54,892 nucleotides of DNA. Origin: Prorocentrum cordatum (taxonomy: Eukaryota). Where the stretch lies: assembly GCA_963575745.1 (NCBI GenBank), contig CAUYUJ010000204.1:62001-116892 (forward strand), given 5' to 3'. Positions within the stretch are counted from its first letter, which is position 1. The number at the start of each line of letters is the position of its first letter. Shown one piece after another: positions 51,922 to 54,892 of this stretch. The notes under the pieces are model-generated. The model was not told where the DNA came from. It worked only from the letters and a program-made list of their open reading frames with translations, and made no database searches. Both the position numbers and the translations under genes were made by a program.

Positions 51922-53976
51922 CATGTCAGCATTCTTGAGTTTGGGTCTCTTGTTGTTCGCTTGATTATTTTGCCTCCTCCCCTCCTAACCTCCCTTCTCT
52001 TTCATATTTCCCCGTGCTTTAGGTCATTCATCTTCATATCCGCACCAACAGGCATTCATTTAGACTCACACTCCGACTCGCCCATGCCAAGACTCACGTA
52101 TTGACGGATTCGCTCACACTCAGAAACATGCTCAGGTGCTCATATTCATACATATTTACATTCAGGTACACCAGTGGCCAGTCATTCATATCTTTGCATA
52201 CAGAGACCAACTCACTGTTCGTCAGACCCCACTGTCGTCGCCATGTCGGTGGCATGGCGCTCGGGCCTACCAAGTGACACGCGCCAGTGGATGTACCATG
52301 GACCAGTTCGCGCCCGCGTTGTCGGGACCTCGGCTAGACGCTTCAATCTGGGGAATCGACTCTTCTCAGTTCAGAGCCCCACGGTCCTCTCGATGTTGCC
52401 GGCATGGCGTATCGGCCTCCTACTCGGGGATGCGCCAGGGGCATATCACGAGCCCCCTCTCGCTTAGATTGGCGGGAACCCTTGGGTAACAGTTTTTTTG
52501 GGGGGCGGGGGGGGGGGCGTTTCTTTTTCAGCCCAGTGGCTACGCGATGTAGCACGCATAGCATTCGGTCCGCATCAGTGCTTCGATGATCCTCTGGCTG
52601 TGTGTTAGCCCAATGTGTGTTTACCCCGTTTGGCCTTCGTCGGCCATCGTTGCACCACCTGCGTCGTATTGAAGGGCTTCGATGGACCAGCACACGTTGG
52701 CGCTGACACACGTTCTGAGGGTCATCGAGTCTTACTCATCAGTGGCGCCCGCATTCGAACCATGCCGCCCAAACCCGATCCCAGCCACGCAGCCAGGGAC
52801 AGTGCGGAAGCGTTCGGCCTAGGAATTTTGGCAGGAGTTGGATCGCATGAGCCTGTGGAAGGGACATGGGCCATCCTTAGTACAGAAAAGGTCAACTGTT
52901 GTCTGCACCCTCCTGTATACCATTTCAGTCTCCCTGGGGCTGCCGTCAATCGTGCGATCGGCCTTTGACAGAGAAGGGGGCATTTCAGTGTTGGAGCCCA
53001 CAGGATAATATCGAAGCGTTCAAGTCTGGCGTGTCGGCTGTTTGTTCTTCTCGTCTGGATCAGCGCTGCCGTTTCCACTTCGCAGGCGAGCTCGACGAGA
53101 TCGGGGACGGCAACGTCGGGCCGAGAGGGTGCAGATGCGAGGCCAGGCCCCTGCACCAGCAAACGTCCGCAAGTTCGCAAGAGAGAGCGTGACAGACGTT
53201 GTTTAGGCCTCCAGCGTCTCGGAAGAGTCGTGCCGATGGTTTTCCACAATTTTCGGCGCCTTGAGGCCGTGTTCAGCCCCAGGGACACCAACGAAAACCA
53301 TCCGGGATTACAGACCGTGGGGCCGAGAGGTCTAGAAGCCCGCGTGGTGGAACCATCAAGACATCCAAGGGCCAAGGATGGTGACATCGAAATTCGGTCA
53401 TATGTGTGTGTGTGTGTGTGATGCTTCAAGCCCTGTCCGTCTCCTTCCCCTCCCTTGCATGCTGGGCAATTCGTTTCTCGGTGTCCCCGTTTAGCTCTAT
53501 CGCCGGTGCAGTCATTCTGCCTCGCCGCCGACGGAAGGAAAAGCGTTTGCGTGTGTGTGTGTGATGCTTCTGGCTTGACGGAACGCGCTGGAGCCATCAT
53601 GCTGAGCAAGTCGAGCATCGGGCCGCGGCGTCAGGATTCCTTTCCTTCATGGCGAGGGCCTCGAGGGAGGAGGACGCGGGGGAGGAGGAGGAGGAGGAGG
53701 AGGAGGAGGAGGAGGAGGAAGAGAAGGAGGAGGAGGAGGACGAGGAGGAGGTGGAGGAGGCAAAGAGACAAGGCACCCCAGAGGCAAATGTGGGCTTTTG
53801 CTCGTCGTTTGGCCTCGGCGTCGGCGGGCGCGCGCACGCGTGCACGGAGAGGAGATTGCCCGCCTCCGCAAGAGGAGACGTTTAGGTCTTCGGTGCGGAG
53901 GGCCTCAGAGCTGCGCGCAGACAGGGAGACCAGCTTGTGCAAGTCGAAGAAGAAAAAAAGCTATGAACATAAACTT

Positions 53977-54090
53977 TTGGCGCTCTGCACGGATTTCTTG
54001 GATCCGCGCTGGGCCCCCTCCTGGCGGCGCCTCCGGAGCCGCCCCTGGCGCGCTCTGGCGCAGATCCAAGAAATCCGCGCGGAGCGCCAA
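53977..54090. mobile_element. 114-bp MITE-like element with 33-bp terminal inverted repeats
   Basis: TTGGCGCTCTGCACGGATTTCTTGGATCCGCGC versus the reverse complement of GCGCAGATCCAAGAAATCCGCGCGGAGCGCCAA (3 mismatches). Confidence 0.7.
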
Positions 54091-54099
54091 CAGATTTAT

Positions 54100-54715
54100 T
54101 TTACCTAACAGCGAAGACTGATAGGTTTCTAGTGGGATCAAAAGAGAGCAGCAGATCACTCCACAGGGGGGTCCGGGCAGGTGTTGGGAGTTGCCGGGCG
54201 GCAGGTGCCGGGCTCGTTTTTCACCAACAGTCACACACTTCGTGCTCTTCGACTTCCCAGAACTCCATTCCCAGGCCACATTCTGAATACCCGGATGCAA
54301 CAGTCACACACTTCGTGCTCTTCGAGATCCCAGAACGCCATTCCCGGGCCACATTCCGGATGCAACAGTCACACACTTCGTGCTCTTCGAGTCCCAGAAC
54401 GCCATTCCCGGGCCACATTTGAAGGGCCGGATGCAACAGTCACACACTTCGTGCTCTTCGAGTTCCCAGAACTCCATTCCCGGGCCACATTTTGAATGCC
54501 CGGAGCCAACTGTAGGCCACTTCGTGCTCTTCGACTTCCCAGAACTCCATTCCCGGGCCACATTTTGAATGCCCGGAGCCAACTGTAGGCCACTTCGTGC
54601 TCTTCGAGTTCCCAGAACTCCATTCCCGGGCCACATTTTGAATGCCCGGAGCCAACTGTAGGCAACTTCGTGCTCTTCGAGTTCCCAGAACTCCCATTCC
54701 TGGGCAACATTTTCA
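54100..54715. mobile_element. Non-autonomous element with hairpin end and internal 73-bp tandem array, copy 2
   Basis: Same 32-nt terminus as 30727 and the same array unit CACTTCGTGCTCTTCGAGTTCCCAGAACTCCATTCCCGGGCCACATTTTGAATGCCCGGAGCCAACTGTAGGC. Confidence 0.7.
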
Positions 54716-54892
54716 GCAGGGGCAAGAGCACGACGAGGAGGAGGACGAGCAAGACCAGGAGGACGAGGACGAGCAGGAGCAGGACGAGGAGCAGGAGGAG
54801 CAGGAGAAGAAGGACGAGCAGGAGGAGGAGGAGGACGAGCAGGAGGAGGAGGACAACCAGGAGGAGGAGGACGACAGGAAGAGGAGGAGGAG

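Noticed and set aside
52200..53400. Minus-strand retroelement fragment (WYTGG resembling RNase H WYTDG)
   Set aside because: A single weak word without supporting motifs in order.

Overview
Repeat-saturated, GC-rich eukaryotic DNA, most likely dinoflagellate: degenerate copies of the dinoflagellate spliced leader (DCCGTAGCCATTTTGGCTCAAG) occur at 27322-27376 and 44028-44049. No intact protein-coding gene, rRNA, tRNA or CRISPR array is supportable, and nearly all long ORFs in the track are artefacts of microsatellites or high GC. The main content is two decayed retrotransposons, each carrying a cytosine-5 DNA methyltransferase domain of a different lineage. (1) A ~8.4 kb + strand LINE (17534-25996). 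ORF1 has a RanBP2-type zinc finger and a coiled coil. ORF2 reads RNase H - APE endonuclease - RT - zinc finger - DNMT - a terminal helix resembling RPA32-binding motifs. It ends in a (CCGAGTT)5 tail and sits inside a (CCT)n tract. (2) A ~7.7 kb + strand tyrosine-recombinase (DIRS/Ngaro-type) element (about 43965-51622) with gag-like, RT, RNase H, Dnmt3-like and YR remnants. It has A...B-A-B split direct repeats, and the A repeat contains a spliced-leader relic. Also present: a decayed (PTAS)n-repeat retrogene behind three tandem SL relics, several satellites (64, 101, 73 and ~360 bp units), MITE-like foldbacks, a twice-occurring hairpin-ended element carrying 73-bp arrays, very long microsatellites and a 100-N gap. 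DNMT-carrying LINE and DIRS classes are already known from Symbiodiniaceae; the possibly new aspects are listed as findings. All domain calls come from motifs read by eye across frameshifts, with no database search.
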